The notes beneath the pieces are model-generated. The model was not told where the DNA came from. It searched no databases and worked only from the letters and a program-made list of their open reading frames with translations. From a virus, in the IMG/VR virus record IMGVR_UViG_3300046167_000884, positions 1 to 64,000 of that record: 64,000 bases of DNA; one strand, 5' to 3'. Numbering within the stretch: the first letter of the stretch is position 1; each line of letters starts with the position of its first letter. Shown in pieces: positions 51,515 to 60,939 of the stretch. The position numbers were made by a program, and so were the translations under genes.

Positions 51515-52615
51515 ATGAAAGATAATTTTGACCTTTATTCTTGGAATAAAAATCGTTATTTAGAAAAAGAACATAAATCTAAGGATACTAAAGAAAAAGA
51601 TTTTGATTTACGTGAATGGAATAAGAAAAGATATTTAGGTGAACTAGATATTAATACTGCAGGAGGTGAAACTAATGTAGATAATATAGATGTAACCCAT
51701 GGTGGAGATGATCCTAAAATTGGTGCAGAATTAGAATCAGATGCCAATGTAGTAGGAGAAAATAAAGATTATTTAGAAAGCCTTGCCTTAAACCTCACAC
51801 AAGCACACCCAGATTTAGAATTTGAAGTTAGTAACTTTGATGATGTAAGAGTTTATGGTTCTCAAAGTGATTTAATGAAGTTTGGAAATAAAATGCATGG
51901 TAAAAAATTTGGAGAATATGAAGTATTTCATGTAGAAGATGATGATAGAGGAGAAATTGTTCGAATAGTTAAATCAGATAGCATTTTAAGAAATTTTGAA
52001 AATTTAAATGAAGCAAGTTATATGTACAAAGGATATAAAGATAAACACTTTGATATTTGCCCAGGAGCTGAAGCATTAAGAGATAGATTATTAGCTGGTG
52101 AATTTAAAGATAATAATTGGGCTACAGGAACTAATTTTGAAAAAGAAGTAGGTGAATGGCTTTACCAACATGACGTAATATTTGGTATTGAAAAAAATAT
52201 TATAAAAGATAAAGAAGGTGATGAAAATGATATAGCTAAAGCTAAAGAAGCTGAAGGTAGAGTTGTTAACTTATCTCGTGATTTAGGTATTCCGGCTTCT
52301 GAAATAAATGCTTATCTTCCTGCTCATATTAAAACCATTAAAGATATGGTTGAGTATAGTTCATTAACTGAAAGCATTAAAGAAACACTTCGTTTTATTA
52401 AAGAACACAATCCAGATTTTACTAACGAAGAAATTAAATCTGAATTAAAAGAACTTAAAGAATTAGGCAAGCAATTAAACGAAAAACTTTGTAAAAAAGG
52501 CGAAGCATATCGTAAACGTAGAATGGCTGCAGGTGAAAAATCATCAGCTTATTTATCTGGTCGTGCTGTTAAAGTATGTAAAGGTCAAATGAGTGGTAAA
52601 AAAAAGAAAAAATAA
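51515..52615 (+). CDS. Modular protein with a doubled leader (DNFDLYSWNKNRYLE / DFDLREWNKKRYLGE) and basic C-terminal module
   Basis: ORF track; internal LNE/LTE junctions. Confidence 0.7.
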   Translation: MKDNFDLYSWNKNRYLEKEHKSKDTKEKDFDLREWNKKRYLGELDINTAGGETNVDNIDVTHGGDDPKIGAELESDANVVGENKDYLESLALNLTQAHPDLEFEVSNFDDVRVYGSQSDLMKFGNKMHGKKFGEYEVFHVEDDDRGEIVRIVKSDSILRNFENLNEASYMYKGYKDKHFDICPGAEALRDRLLAGEFKDNNWATGTNFEKEVGEWLYQHDVIFGIEKNIIKDKEGDENDIAKAKEAEGRVVNLSRDLGIPASEINAYLPAHIKTIKDMVEYSSLTESIKETLRFIKEHNPDFTNEEIKSELKELKELGKQLNEKLCKKGEAYRKRRMAAGEKSSAYLSGRAVKVCKGQMSGKKKKK

Positions 52616-53310
52616 TGGGTACATTTGATTTAAAAAAATATATTTCTGATAATCCTTTGCTAAAGGAAGAAATTTTAACTGAAGTAAGTGATGCTGATAT
52701 TGTTAAAGCTTTAGCTAAAGTAGTAGACATGGAACCTAAAGATGTTGTAGCTAAAATAAAGGCAGATAAAGAGGAAGTAAATGAAATAGCAATTACAACC
52801 GCTATCACTATTGCAGGTCTTCTTCCAGCGGTTATGGAATTAGTAGGTGGTGCTTTTAATAAAGCTAAAAATTCTTTTAAATTAAATGATAAAGAAAAAA
52901 CAGAATATTTAGCATTACAACAATTCTACAAGGAAGCAAAAGATAAAGATGAAAAGAAAAGACTTAAAAAAGAAATGGAACCCTATGAATCTAAAATAGG
53001 AAACTGGTTTAAAGATGCAGGGCATTCTTTACACAAAGCTTATACTTGGCCTATTAGAAAAATGTTAAACTTGGCTGGAACCTTTTCTTCTAAAGATTCT
53101 CCTTTAAAGGATAAAGAAAAAGTAGAAAAAATAGCTAATGTTATTTATGCTACGGCAATGATAGGGATAGCAGGGTATGGAGTTGCTTCTCACCTAGGAC
53201 ATTTAAAAGGCGTATCAGATGTAGCTATTACTATTGCAGATTCTATTAAAGGAGGTAAAAGTATAAAAGATGCTGCCTTAGGTGGTTTAGAATTACTTGG
53301 TTTATTATAA
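52615..53310 (+). CDS. Leader-bearing protein (MGTFDLKKYISDNPLLKEE) with hydrophobic helices
   Basis: IAITTAITIAGLLPAVMELVGG and VIYATAMIGIAGYGVA segments. Confidence 0.7.
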   Translation: MGTFDLKKYISDNPLLKEEILTEVSDADIVKALAKVVDMEPKDVVAKIKADKEEVNEIAITTAITIAGLLPAVMELVGGAFNKAKNSFKLNDKEKTEYLALQQFYKEAKDKDEKKRLKKEMEPYESKIGNWFKDAGHSLHKAYTWPIRKMLNLAGTFSSKDSPLKDKEKVEKIANVIYATAMIGIAGYGVASHLGHLKGVSDVAITIADSIKGGKSIKDAALGGLELLGLL

Positions 53311-53585
53311 TGACACAAGACAAACTAACAGAAAGAATACAAGAATCACTACGTGATTGGTTTAAAAAAGAAGATTGGGTTAGAATCAATACTTCAGGTA
53401 ATATTTCTGGTAAATGTGGCACAATGAAAAAAGGTAAAGCTACAACAAGATGCTTGCCTAGAAAGAAAGCACAATCACTTACTAAAGCAGAGCGTAAAGC
53501 AACTGTAGCCAAAAAAGTACGTGGTAGTAAAAAGGGTAAACAGTTTGTGAAAAACACAGACAAAGCTGAATTTAAAAAGAAATAA
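53310..53585 (+). CDS. Small basic protein (IQESLRDWFKKEDWV...CLPRKKA)
   Basis: ORF track; Lys-rich. Confidence 0.65.
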   Translation: MTQDKLTERIQESLRDWFKKEDWVRINTSGNISGKCGTMKKGKATTRCLPRKKAQSLTKAERKATVAKKVRGSKKGKQFVKNTDKAEFKKK

Positions 53586-54344
53586 ATGAGATTATTATAT
53601 CTATTATTTATACTACTTTTCACAAGTTGTGGAGTTGGATTTCAATACACAACACTAAATCATGCTGGTCACATTGACGGCATTTATTCATCTAATGATT
53701 ATAAAATAGATACATTAAATGAATTTCAGGTAAGAAATAAACTAAGAACAGATTTTAATTTTAGATACGATATTGCACAATATGCTTTATCCCAACCAGC
53801 TTCATTTGATTGGAATAATAGGTTACTAGGTAACAGATATAATTGGAATAGACCTTACTGGGGCTATAGTTACTATTGGAATAGAACTCAAATGTGGAAT
53901 GATTGGGCTTGGGGATACCCTTATTCGAATTGGGGATATAATAACTGGCATAGTTGGAATAGGCCTTATTGGGGTTGGAATAATTCTTGGTGGAATAATT
54001 GGGGTTGGAGACAACAAATGAATGATTATGCTTGGATATATAGGAATAGGTCTAATACTGTTCGTATAAATGGTTATAGAACTTTTAATAGAACATCTAC
54101 TCGTACTGTTGTAAATAACACAAATAGAAGAACAACCCCTTCAGTTAATGTTAATAATAACAATAGAACTATTAAAGTAAACAAACCAAGGGTTAATTAT
54201 AACTCTAAACCAAGAATTAATACACCTAGAGTAAGAGTTAATACTCCTCCTAGGCAACCTTCAACAATAAGAACAACTCCACGTATTTCTACTCGATCTA
54301 CTAACAATACTACTGTAAGAAGCAATTCTAGGAGAAAAAACTAA
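53586..54344 (+). CDS. Lipoprotein with W/N/Y/G-rich low-complexity core and R/T/N/P-rich tail
   Basis: MRLLYLLFILLFTS-C lipobox; composition directly visible. Confidence 0.7.
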   Translation: MRLLYLLFILLFTSCGVGFQYTTLNHAGHIDGIYSSNDYKIDTLNEFQVRNKLRTDFNFRYDIAQYALSQPASFDWNNRLLGNRYNWNRPYWGYSYYWNRTQMWNDWAWGYPYSNWGYNNWHSWNRPYWGWNNSWWNNWGWRQQMNDYAWIYRNRSNTVRINGYRTFNRTSTRTVVNNTNRRTTPSVNVNNNNRTIKVNKPRVNYNSKPRINTPRVRVNTPPRQPSTIRTTPRISTRSTNNTTVRSNSRRKN

Positions 54345-54353
54345 TATTTATAA
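54344..54353 (+). promoter_or_regulatory. ATATTTATAA motif
   Basis: 16 nt upstream of ATG 54370. Confidence 0.55.
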
Positions 54354-54369
54354 ATAAAAATATACACTA

Positions 54370-55308
54370 ATGGACAACTTTAATTATCAAGCTTATATCA
54401 AAAGTGGTAGAATCCACGGAGAAAAAGCGATTTTAACCGAATCAGAACAAGTTTCTGAAAAAAAATACAAGCAAGGATATGACGATAGAGAAGATGAATC
54501 TCTAGGCGATCGTACTGGTGCTGAAAAAGGCAAGAAACAATCTATGAAAGACCGTAGAGATGATTCTTATGGAAAATTTGGCAAACGTGATGCTGAAAAA
54601 AAGGGCAAAAATAAAGTCAACAAAGAAAGCCTATCAGAAACTATTGCTGAAGCTAAAGCTAAAATTGACGAGGGTTCTTACCCATTTGATCAATGCTTGG
54701 CTGATAATGAAGGTAAATATGGTAAAAAAGGTGCTGCCAAAGTATGTGGTGCTATTAAAGCCCAATACGGTGAAGGTCAAGTAAATGAAATGGATGAAGT
54801 TTCATGGAATGATAAAAACAACCCAACCAGAAGTGATTCAGTAGGCGAAAGAGATCCTAAAAAAGTAGGCCAATCTACAGCAGCATACTCAGTAAATGAA
54901 GACGCTCGTACTGATGCTGAACAAGAAGGATATAAAGATGGATTTGAAGATGCTAAAGATGATATTGAAGGAGTATTAAAGAAAATGAAAGTATCTGAAC
55001 TTAAAGATAAAATTAAAACTGAAATTGTAAGTGCACTATCAGAAGCTGAAGAAGAAGTAGACGTTGATGTAGATGTTGAAGACGAAGTTGAAGTAGAAGC
55101 AGGTGCTGATGATATTGAAATCGAAAGACCAGGAGTTAAAACAACAGTAGATGTTGGACTATCTCCAGAAGAGGAAATTGTTCAAGATTCTTTAAAAGCT
55201 GCAATGGATGCTGCAGAAGCTTTAGGTAGTCAAAAATTAGCAGATCAAATTGGTAATACAATTACTTTCTTTACAAGACAATTTGTAGTAGGTGATAATA
55301 CTGATTAA
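54370..55308 (+). CDS. Highly charged modular protein with MDNFNYQAYIKSGRIHGE leader (possible prohead core/internal protein)
   Basis: Leader variant; LTE/LSE/VNE junctions; acidic DVDVDVEDEVEVE tract. Confidence 0.65.
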   Translation: MDNFNYQAYIKSGRIHGEKAILTESEQVSEKKYKQGYDDREDESLGDRTGAEKGKKQSMKDRRDDSYGKFGKRDAEKKGKNKVNKESLSETIAEAKAKIDEGSYPFDQCLADNEGKYGKKGAAKVCGAIKAQYGEGQVNEMDEVSWNDKNNPTRSDSVGERDPKKVGQSTAAYSVNEDARTDAEQEGYKDGFEDAKDDIEGVLKKMKVSELKDKIKTEIVSALSEAEEEVDVDVDVEDEVEVEAGADDIEIERPGVKTTVDVGLSPEEEIVQDSLKAAMDAAEALGSQKLADQIGNTITFFTRQFVVGDNTD

Positions 55309-55311
55309 TAC

Positions 55312-57942
55312 ATGCTTAACGAACGTAAACTTACGGAAAGAGAACTAGATAAACGTGCTGAAGCAATTCAGGGTTTGTTGTCCAATAAACGTACGCTAGT
55401 TAAAAAGTACGGTAAGGATGCGGAAAAAGTTATGTATGGTATTGCAACAAAACAAGCTAAATCAAAAGTAGAAGGCATGAATAAAGATAAAATTAAAGAA
55501 TTAATCCAAACAGTATTGCAAAAAGAAGAAAATGATAACATTGATGTTGCCTTTTCTGGTGTAGCTGATTATGGTGAAGAAGATAAAGCATTAGGTCGAG
55601 AAGATGAACTTGAAATGAAAGGTTTAGAAGAAGGTCATGGTTTAGATCAAGGTGATTTAGATACTCTAGAATCACTTAGAAATCAAATAGAACAAGGAAT
55701 ATTAGATAAAAAAAATCGAATCAAATTCGTTAAAGTTCTTGATTTTTTAATTAAATCAAACATATTACAAGATAAAACAAAAGATTTATCTATTAAAGAA
55801 GGGAATTTCAATGCTGGCTTTGACCAATTTGTAGCTATTATAGATAATAGAGCAAAACAATCCAATAGATCACCTAAAGAAGAAGCAGAAGACTTAATTG
55901 ACGATCTTAGATTACATTATGGTATAGATGCATTTTATGAGTCTTTAAACGAAGCTCTCAACCCAGAAGTATCCCAAGCAGTAAATCGTTTTATTAAAGC
56001 AATGGCTAAACGATATAGCTACAGCGAACAAGATGCTGTATTTGCTATTATGGCTGCTTTAAAACAAAGAAAATTTGATGGTTTAAATGAAGATCTAGAT
56101 GTAGGACATCAAGACAACGAACCTCACATGCTTAAAAAAGAATTAGCTAGAGCAGGTCAAATGATACAAATGCTTTATAGAGCAGTAGATAATTACGATG
56201 GTCAGGGTGAAGTAGATTTTCCACAATGGTGGCAAGCCAAAATTATCAAAGCAAACTCTATGTTAGATAGTGCTTTTGATTATTTGGATGGTGAAGAAAT
56301 GGTAGCTAAAATAGATGCTATGATTGATGGAGCAGATAAAGTTGAAGTAGATATTGATGTAGTTAATGAAGATGAAGTACAAAAAAGACTTGATGCCGAA
56401 AAAGCAATTAAATCAACACTTAAAGATGAAGGTGGAGCTGCTGGTTTAGAACCATTAGCAAAAGCTGTAAAAAAATTAGGTATTAGTAAAGATGAACTAC
56501 TTAAAATGATTAAAAAAGTAGTTGGTGTTGCTAAACATAAACATGGAGATTATATTTCAACCCCAATAAATGAAATTGACTACGATGAAGCTTTAACCTT
56601 AAGGGGTATGTTAGCTGATTTAAAGAAAGAAAGAGAGCAATTATTTAGAGACATGGAGCAAGAAGCTGAACCAGAAGGTGGGCCAATTGCTGATAGATAC
56701 GGTGATGAATTAAATAAAATTGAAGACCGTATGTACCAAATTGCTAAACAACTTCGTGATTATGATATGAACGAAGGAGTAAATGAAATAGGTATGTTTC
56801 ATGACCCTCGAATGTCAAGTGGAAACTTTGATCATTTAACTCCTGATCCAAAAGAAGACCAATTAAAAACCGCTTACGCTGCTTTAGAAAAAGCAGAAAA
56901 AGACGGTGATATTAGAAAACAAGAATTAGCTTTAGCTGCTATTGATCTTATCAATGGTAATATTAACGAAGAATCATCAGATGTATTCTTAGATGACATT
57001 GCACAAATGATGTTTAGTATGGATTATGATCAATTATCCCCACTAGAACAAGAAACGGTTAGAGATGAGGCAGAAAGACAAGATCCAGGAGATATGTCTC
57101 ACCAATTTCAATATTATGATGATGAAGATGAATCACTAAACGAAGCAATGGATGGTGGTCAATTATTTGACTACTTTAAGTCTAAAGGATACGATATAAC
57201 AGAACGTAGACCAGATGGATATCCACCTAAAGAAGGAGTAGAAGGATACCAAGTAAATAGAGGTAGAGGTAGATACCCTCAATCAGTAATATTTCAGTAT
57301 AATAAAGATACTGACGAATTTACCATCAGTAGGATGAGTGGTTATAGAATCGATGAAAAAGATGCTATAAAAGCTGGGATGAGAGAAGCAGGCCGTTCAG
57401 GAGCAGCTGGTATGGATTCTTACATGACAGATGGAAATTACACACCAGTAGATATTTCAGCCGAAGGTTTAAAAGATATAGTTGACCACGTAATGACTGG
57501 TTTAGATAGAGAAAGTAAAGCACAATCAGATTTTTATCGTGCTAGAGGGCGTACATCAGGTACTATAGATGAAAAAATAGCTACTGCAGTTAGAGAAAAA
57601 TTAACTAAATCATCATCAGTAGAAGACCATGTTGAAGATTTTAAAGATTCAGATGCACCTCAATTTAAAGGTAAATCATTAGAAAAAATTAAACAAATGG
57701 CTTTAGCATCATTTTTACAAAAACAAGGTAAGAAAAAAGTATCTGAAGTTAAAGATAGTAGAAAGAAAAAAGAATTCAAAGTAGGTGATAAAGTAACATA
57801 CTTAGGACACCCAGGTGAAATTACTAAAGTTAATAAAGAAATGACTGGTGTTATTACCTATAATGTATCATATGATAAAGGTAATGGTAAAACAAAAGCA
57901 TCAAACATCTATAATAAAGGTGGTGAAATAAAAACTGTATAA
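55312..57942 (+). CDS. 876-aa acidic modular polyprotein-like protein
   Basis: Short unrelated segments separated by LNE/INE/VNE/MNE. Confidence 0.7.
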   Translation: MLNERKLTERELDKRAEAIQGLLSNKRTLVKKYGKDAEKVMYGIATKQAKSKVEGMNKDKIKELIQTVLQKEENDNIDVAFSGVADYGEEDKALGREDELEMKGLEEGHGLDQGDLDTLESLRNQIEQGILDKKNRIKFVKVLDFLIKSNILQDKTKDLSIKEGNFNAGFDQFVAIIDNRAKQSNRSPKEEAEDLIDDLRLHYGIDAFYESLNEALNPEVSQAVNRFIKAMAKRYSYSEQDAVFAIMAALKQRKFDGLNEDLDVGHQDNEPHMLKKELARAGQMIQMLYRAVDNYDGQGEVDFPQWWQAKIIKANSMLDSAFDYLDGEEMVAKIDAMIDGADKVEVDIDVVNEDEVQKRLDAEKAIKSTLKDEGGAAGLEPLAKAVKKLGISKDELLKMIKKVVGVAKHKHGDYISTPINEIDYDEALTLRGMLADLKKEREQLFRDMEQEAEPEGGPIADRYGDELNKIEDRMYQIAKQLRDYDMNEGVNEIGMFHDPRMSSGNFDHLTPDPKEDQLKTAYAALEKAEKDGDIRKQELALAAIDLINGNINEESSDVFLDDIAQMMFSMDYDQLSPLEQETVRDEAERQDPGDMSHQFQYYDDEDESLNEAMDGGQLFDYFKSKGYDITERRPDGYPPKEGVEGYQVNRGRGRYPQSVIFQYNKDTDEFTISRMSGYRIDEKDAIKAGMREAGRSGAAGMDSYMTDGNYTPVDISAEGLKDIVDHVMTGLDRESKAQSDFYRARGRTSGTIDEKIATAVREKLTKSSSVEDHVEDFKDSDAPQFKGKSLEKIKQMALASFLQKQGKKKVSEVKDSRKKKEFKVGDKVTYLGHPGEITKVNKEMTGVITYNVSYDKGNGKTKASNIYNKGGEIKTV

Positions 57943-57944
57943 TA

Positions 57945-58415
57945 ATGACTAAAGCAGAATTAAGACAAAAAATTAAGACATTAGCAGTTACTGTTATGGC
58001 TGAAAAAGCTAAAACTGATGATGCTGCCTTAGCTTATGATGAATTAGTTAAATTTCCAGCTTTAAAAGATATTATAGTGGATCTATTAACTGATCAATTT
58101 GATTCATTTTTAGAATCAGTAGATTGGGTAGCTCCACGTCCTACAACTTTTCGTATAAATTTGTTGAATGGTGAAAATTTCTTACTTATGTTTACGGACA
58201 GAAGTTGGATAGGACAAGTACAAGGAAAAAAATATTATTTACTAAATCTCGATGAGGAAGAAAGATGTGCTCTAGCGATTAACAGACTTCTAAGAGTAGG
58301 ACCCGCTAGTGGTGCTGAAATGGAGGGAGAAGCAAGTGAAACTGATACAACAACAGACACAGCTGATACCGAAGTTGAAGATGAAGTAGATGTTGATGTA
58401 GACGTAGAAGCATAA
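57945..58415 (+). CDS. Hypothetical protein with acidic C-terminal tail
   Basis: ...VEDEVDVDVDVEA terminus. Confidence 0.7.
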   Translation: MTKAELRQKIKTLAVTVMAEKAKTDDAALAYDELVKFPALKDIIVDLLTDQFDSFLESVDWVAPRPTTFRINLLNGENFLLMFTDRSWIGQVQGKKYYLLNLDEEERCALAINRLLRVGPASGAEMEGEASETDTTTDTADTEVEDEVDVDVDVEA

Positions 58416-58424
58416 AATAAAATA

Positions 58425-59735
58425 ATGAGTATATTCGATAAATTTTTTACAAAATTCGCTTACAAATTCGACAAAGGATATCCTGACATGAATAATGATC
58501 AGGATGTTTTGTTGTTGGAGTCACTTATTAGTGAAGTATTAGGTGAAAGATATAGTTTAGAAGAAGCTAATATGGTTGGATCCGCTACAAATTATCCTTC
58601 TGTTACTGGGACTTGGGAAAAATATATTGAAAACCCACTATCTAAACATGAAGACGGAAAAACAACTTATACTGCAATAAAAACATCTCCAGTATGGATT
58701 AAAACTCCATCAAATAATATTGAAAAAACAGATGTAATAGTAAATGTAAATGATACGTTTACTATTAGTTCTAGGTCTACTGATGATTTAATAAAAAAAG
58801 GAAGTTCTTATTATGCTCCTATTAATTATAAAGGAAAGGAATACTATTTCCCCTTTAATGCTATACTAAAACCTACAGGCAAAAATGTCCAAAAATTTGA
58901 ACCTAATTTAGATTCTAAAAATGACCCATCAGTTTATCATGCCTTCACCCCAGGCCATCCACAAGAAGCAAATATTGCAATGTTATTTATTGAAAAAACA
59001 TCTCCTGATTGGGAATTTGAATATAAAGGAAAATCATTAAAAGTAATATATTTAGGTGATCCTAATGTTAAAAGTACTGGTTATCCTAAAAATGATTTAC
59101 AAATTAATACTGAACCTGCCCCTGAAGGTTTAGATTCTTCAATGAGGATTAGTTTAAAAGCAGATAATGCTACTTACGTAGAGAATTGGATGACTTCTAC
59201 TAGAGCAGAACAGATATTAGGTGATACCAAAGTAAAAGAAATTGTTTTAGGAGCATATAATGCTTTATTAAAATCAACACCACCTAGATCTGGTAAAGGT
59301 TTATTTAAAGGAACCCTTAAATCATATCAAATTTGTATGTTTATTAAAGACAAACAACCACCGTATGGATCAGAAGCACCTTCAATACTATCAGAACCCC
59401 TATCTAAAGATGAGGCATATGAAGCTTATACAGGGGATAAAAAGTTTGGGGATACTGATGGGTCAGCTAATTATTTTTATAAAGGAGGAAAACCAAAAAC
59501 AACAACAGAATTTCTGGGAGATTTAAAACCATTCAAAGATAATATGGATAATTTATCAGATTTATGGGTTTCTTTAAGGGGATCTAATGAATCAGGTAAA
59601 GGAAGAAGTAGAGTATTTTATTGGGAAGGAAAAGATGATGATCCAAATGGAAAATGGATTATAAATCCATTATGGGCAGAAATAGCTGGGATAACCAAAT
59701 CAGAAGATAAAGAAGGTAATATAAAATATAGTTAA
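58425..59735 (+). CDS. Leader-bearing protein with a possible PD-(D/E)XK restriction-endonuclease-like domain
   Basis: Leader ending in LLLE...SLEE; QEANIA...PKNDLQI...RISLKAD fits E...D...(x)SLK catalytic spacing. Confidence 0.45.
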   Translation: MSIFDKFFTKFAYKFDKGYPDMNNDQDVLLLESLISEVLGERYSLEEANMVGSATNYPSVTGTWEKYIENPLSKHEDGKTTYTAIKTSPVWIKTPSNNIEKTDVIVNVNDTFTISSRSTDDLIKKGSSYYAPINYKGKEYYFPFNAILKPTGKNVQKFEPNLDSKNDPSVYHAFTPGHPQEANIAMLFIEKTSPDWEFEYKGKSLKVIYLGDPNVKSTGYPKNDLQINTEPAPEGLDSSMRISLKADNATYVENWMTSTRAEQILGDTKVKEIVLGAYNALLKSTPPRSGKGLFKGTLKSYQICMFIKDKQPPYGSEAPSILSEPLSKDEAYEAYTGDKKFGDTDGSANYFYKGGKPKTTTEFLGDLKPFKDNMDNLSDLWVSLRGSNESGKGRSRVFYWEGKDDDPNGKWIINPLWAEIAGITKSEDKEGNIKYS

Positions 59736-59744
59736 TATTTATAA
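59735..59744 (+). promoter_or_regulatory. ATATTTATAA motif
   Basis: 9 nt upstream of ATG 59754. Confidence 0.55.
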
Positions 59745-59753
59745 TAAAACAAT

Positions 59754-60938
59754 ATGTGTAACTGCGGATGTAATACTTGCGAAACTAAAACAAAAGGACC
59801 TTTACTTACTGAAAGTAAAGTTAAATCTTTATTATCCGAAGGTCTACAATATCACATAGATAAAAAAATACCATTATTTGAAACAGTATATCGTATTGGT
59901 TCAGATAAACATCTAGCCTTAATTAAAGAAGCTAGAAAAATGTATTCACGTAACATAATTGATTTATGTGAAGATGATGAAGCACTAATTAAAACACATT
60001 TAGGTGAATTTGCTTTATATGAAGGTGAATCTGTACCATTAGATTTACCTATGTTAAATGAATCAGATTCTAACTATCCAGATTTTGATTTAAATAAAAA
60101 CATAAGATACAAAGATACATCTATTTCAAGCGGAATGTGGAGATATACAGGTCAAGAACAAGGTGGAAAAGGCGTTTATAGAAATTTAAATAATGATCAA
60201 ATATTAGCTTTTGATAGAAGTGATTTTGATATATTTAAAAACAATCTTGGTAGTCATTTTGATATTTCAGAATCATTAAATGAATTTTCATTACCTAAAT
60301 TTGATGTAGTAAAACCTATTATTGATAAATTTTTAGGTGGGATAGAAAAAGCTGGTAAAAAACTATTACAAATAGTTAAACGAGAAGGTAAACAGACTTT
60401 AGTATTAATTAAAGAAATAGCCGAATACGTAGTAAGTGGAGAAAAACCAACATCATCTGAACAGAAAAAAATTACAGAACAATTAAAGGATTTAGGTTTT
60501 TTAGCTTTTTTAGGAATAGCAGGTAATATTCCTTTTTCATTATTTTCTATAATTTATTTTATAATAGATGAATCAGGCATAGCTAAAGAATTTTTAAAAT
60601 TAAATGAGTCATTAAATGAAGATGAACAATTAGACGAAAAGAAAAAGGCTAAGAAAAAAGAAAAAAAAGACCCACCATTAAATAAACCAAAACGTGGTGG
60701 TTCTAAAGCATATTATGTTTATGTACGTGATCCTAAAACTAAAAAAATTAAAAAAGTATCATTTGGATCCGGTGGTTTAAGAGCTAAAATTAAAAACAAA
60801 GAAGCTCGTACTGCATTTGCCGCTAGACATAATTGTAAAAATAAAAAAGATAGAACTAAAGCAGGATATTGGTCATGTAATTTACCAAGATACGCTCCAG
60901 CATTAGGATTAGGTGCTAAAATGAATACTTTTTGGTAG
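59754..60938 (+). CDS. Modular protein: CNCGCNTC N-terminus, LNE-bounded inserts, basic C-terminal domain (AARHNC...AGYWSC)
   Basis: ORF track; motifs visible. Confidence 0.7.
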   Translation: MCNCGCNTCETKTKGPLLTESKVKSLLSEGLQYHIDKKIPLFETVYRIGSDKHLALIKEARKMYSRNIIDLCEDDEALIKTHLGEFALYEGESVPLDLPMLNESDSNYPDFDLNKNIRYKDTSISSGMWRYTGQEQGGKGVYRNLNNDQILAFDRSDFDIFKNNLGSHFDISESLNEFSLPKFDVVKPIIDKFLGGIEKAGKKLLQIVKREGKQTLVLIKEIAEYVVSGEKPTSSEQKKITEQLKDLGFLAFLGIAGNIPFSLFSIIYFIIDESGIAKEFLKLNESLNEDEQLDEKKKAKKKEKKDPPLNKPKRGGSKAYYVYVRDPKTKKIKKVSFGSGGLRAKIKNKEARTAFAARHNCKNKKDRTKAGYWSCNLPRYAPALGLGAKMNTFW

Positions 60939-60939
60939 T

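Noticed and set aside
705-53623. Short minus-strand ORFs opposite real genes (for example 705-971, 10267-10557, 45264-45584, 53246-53623)
   Set aside because: They fully overlap well-supported + strand genes and have no motifs or start signals.
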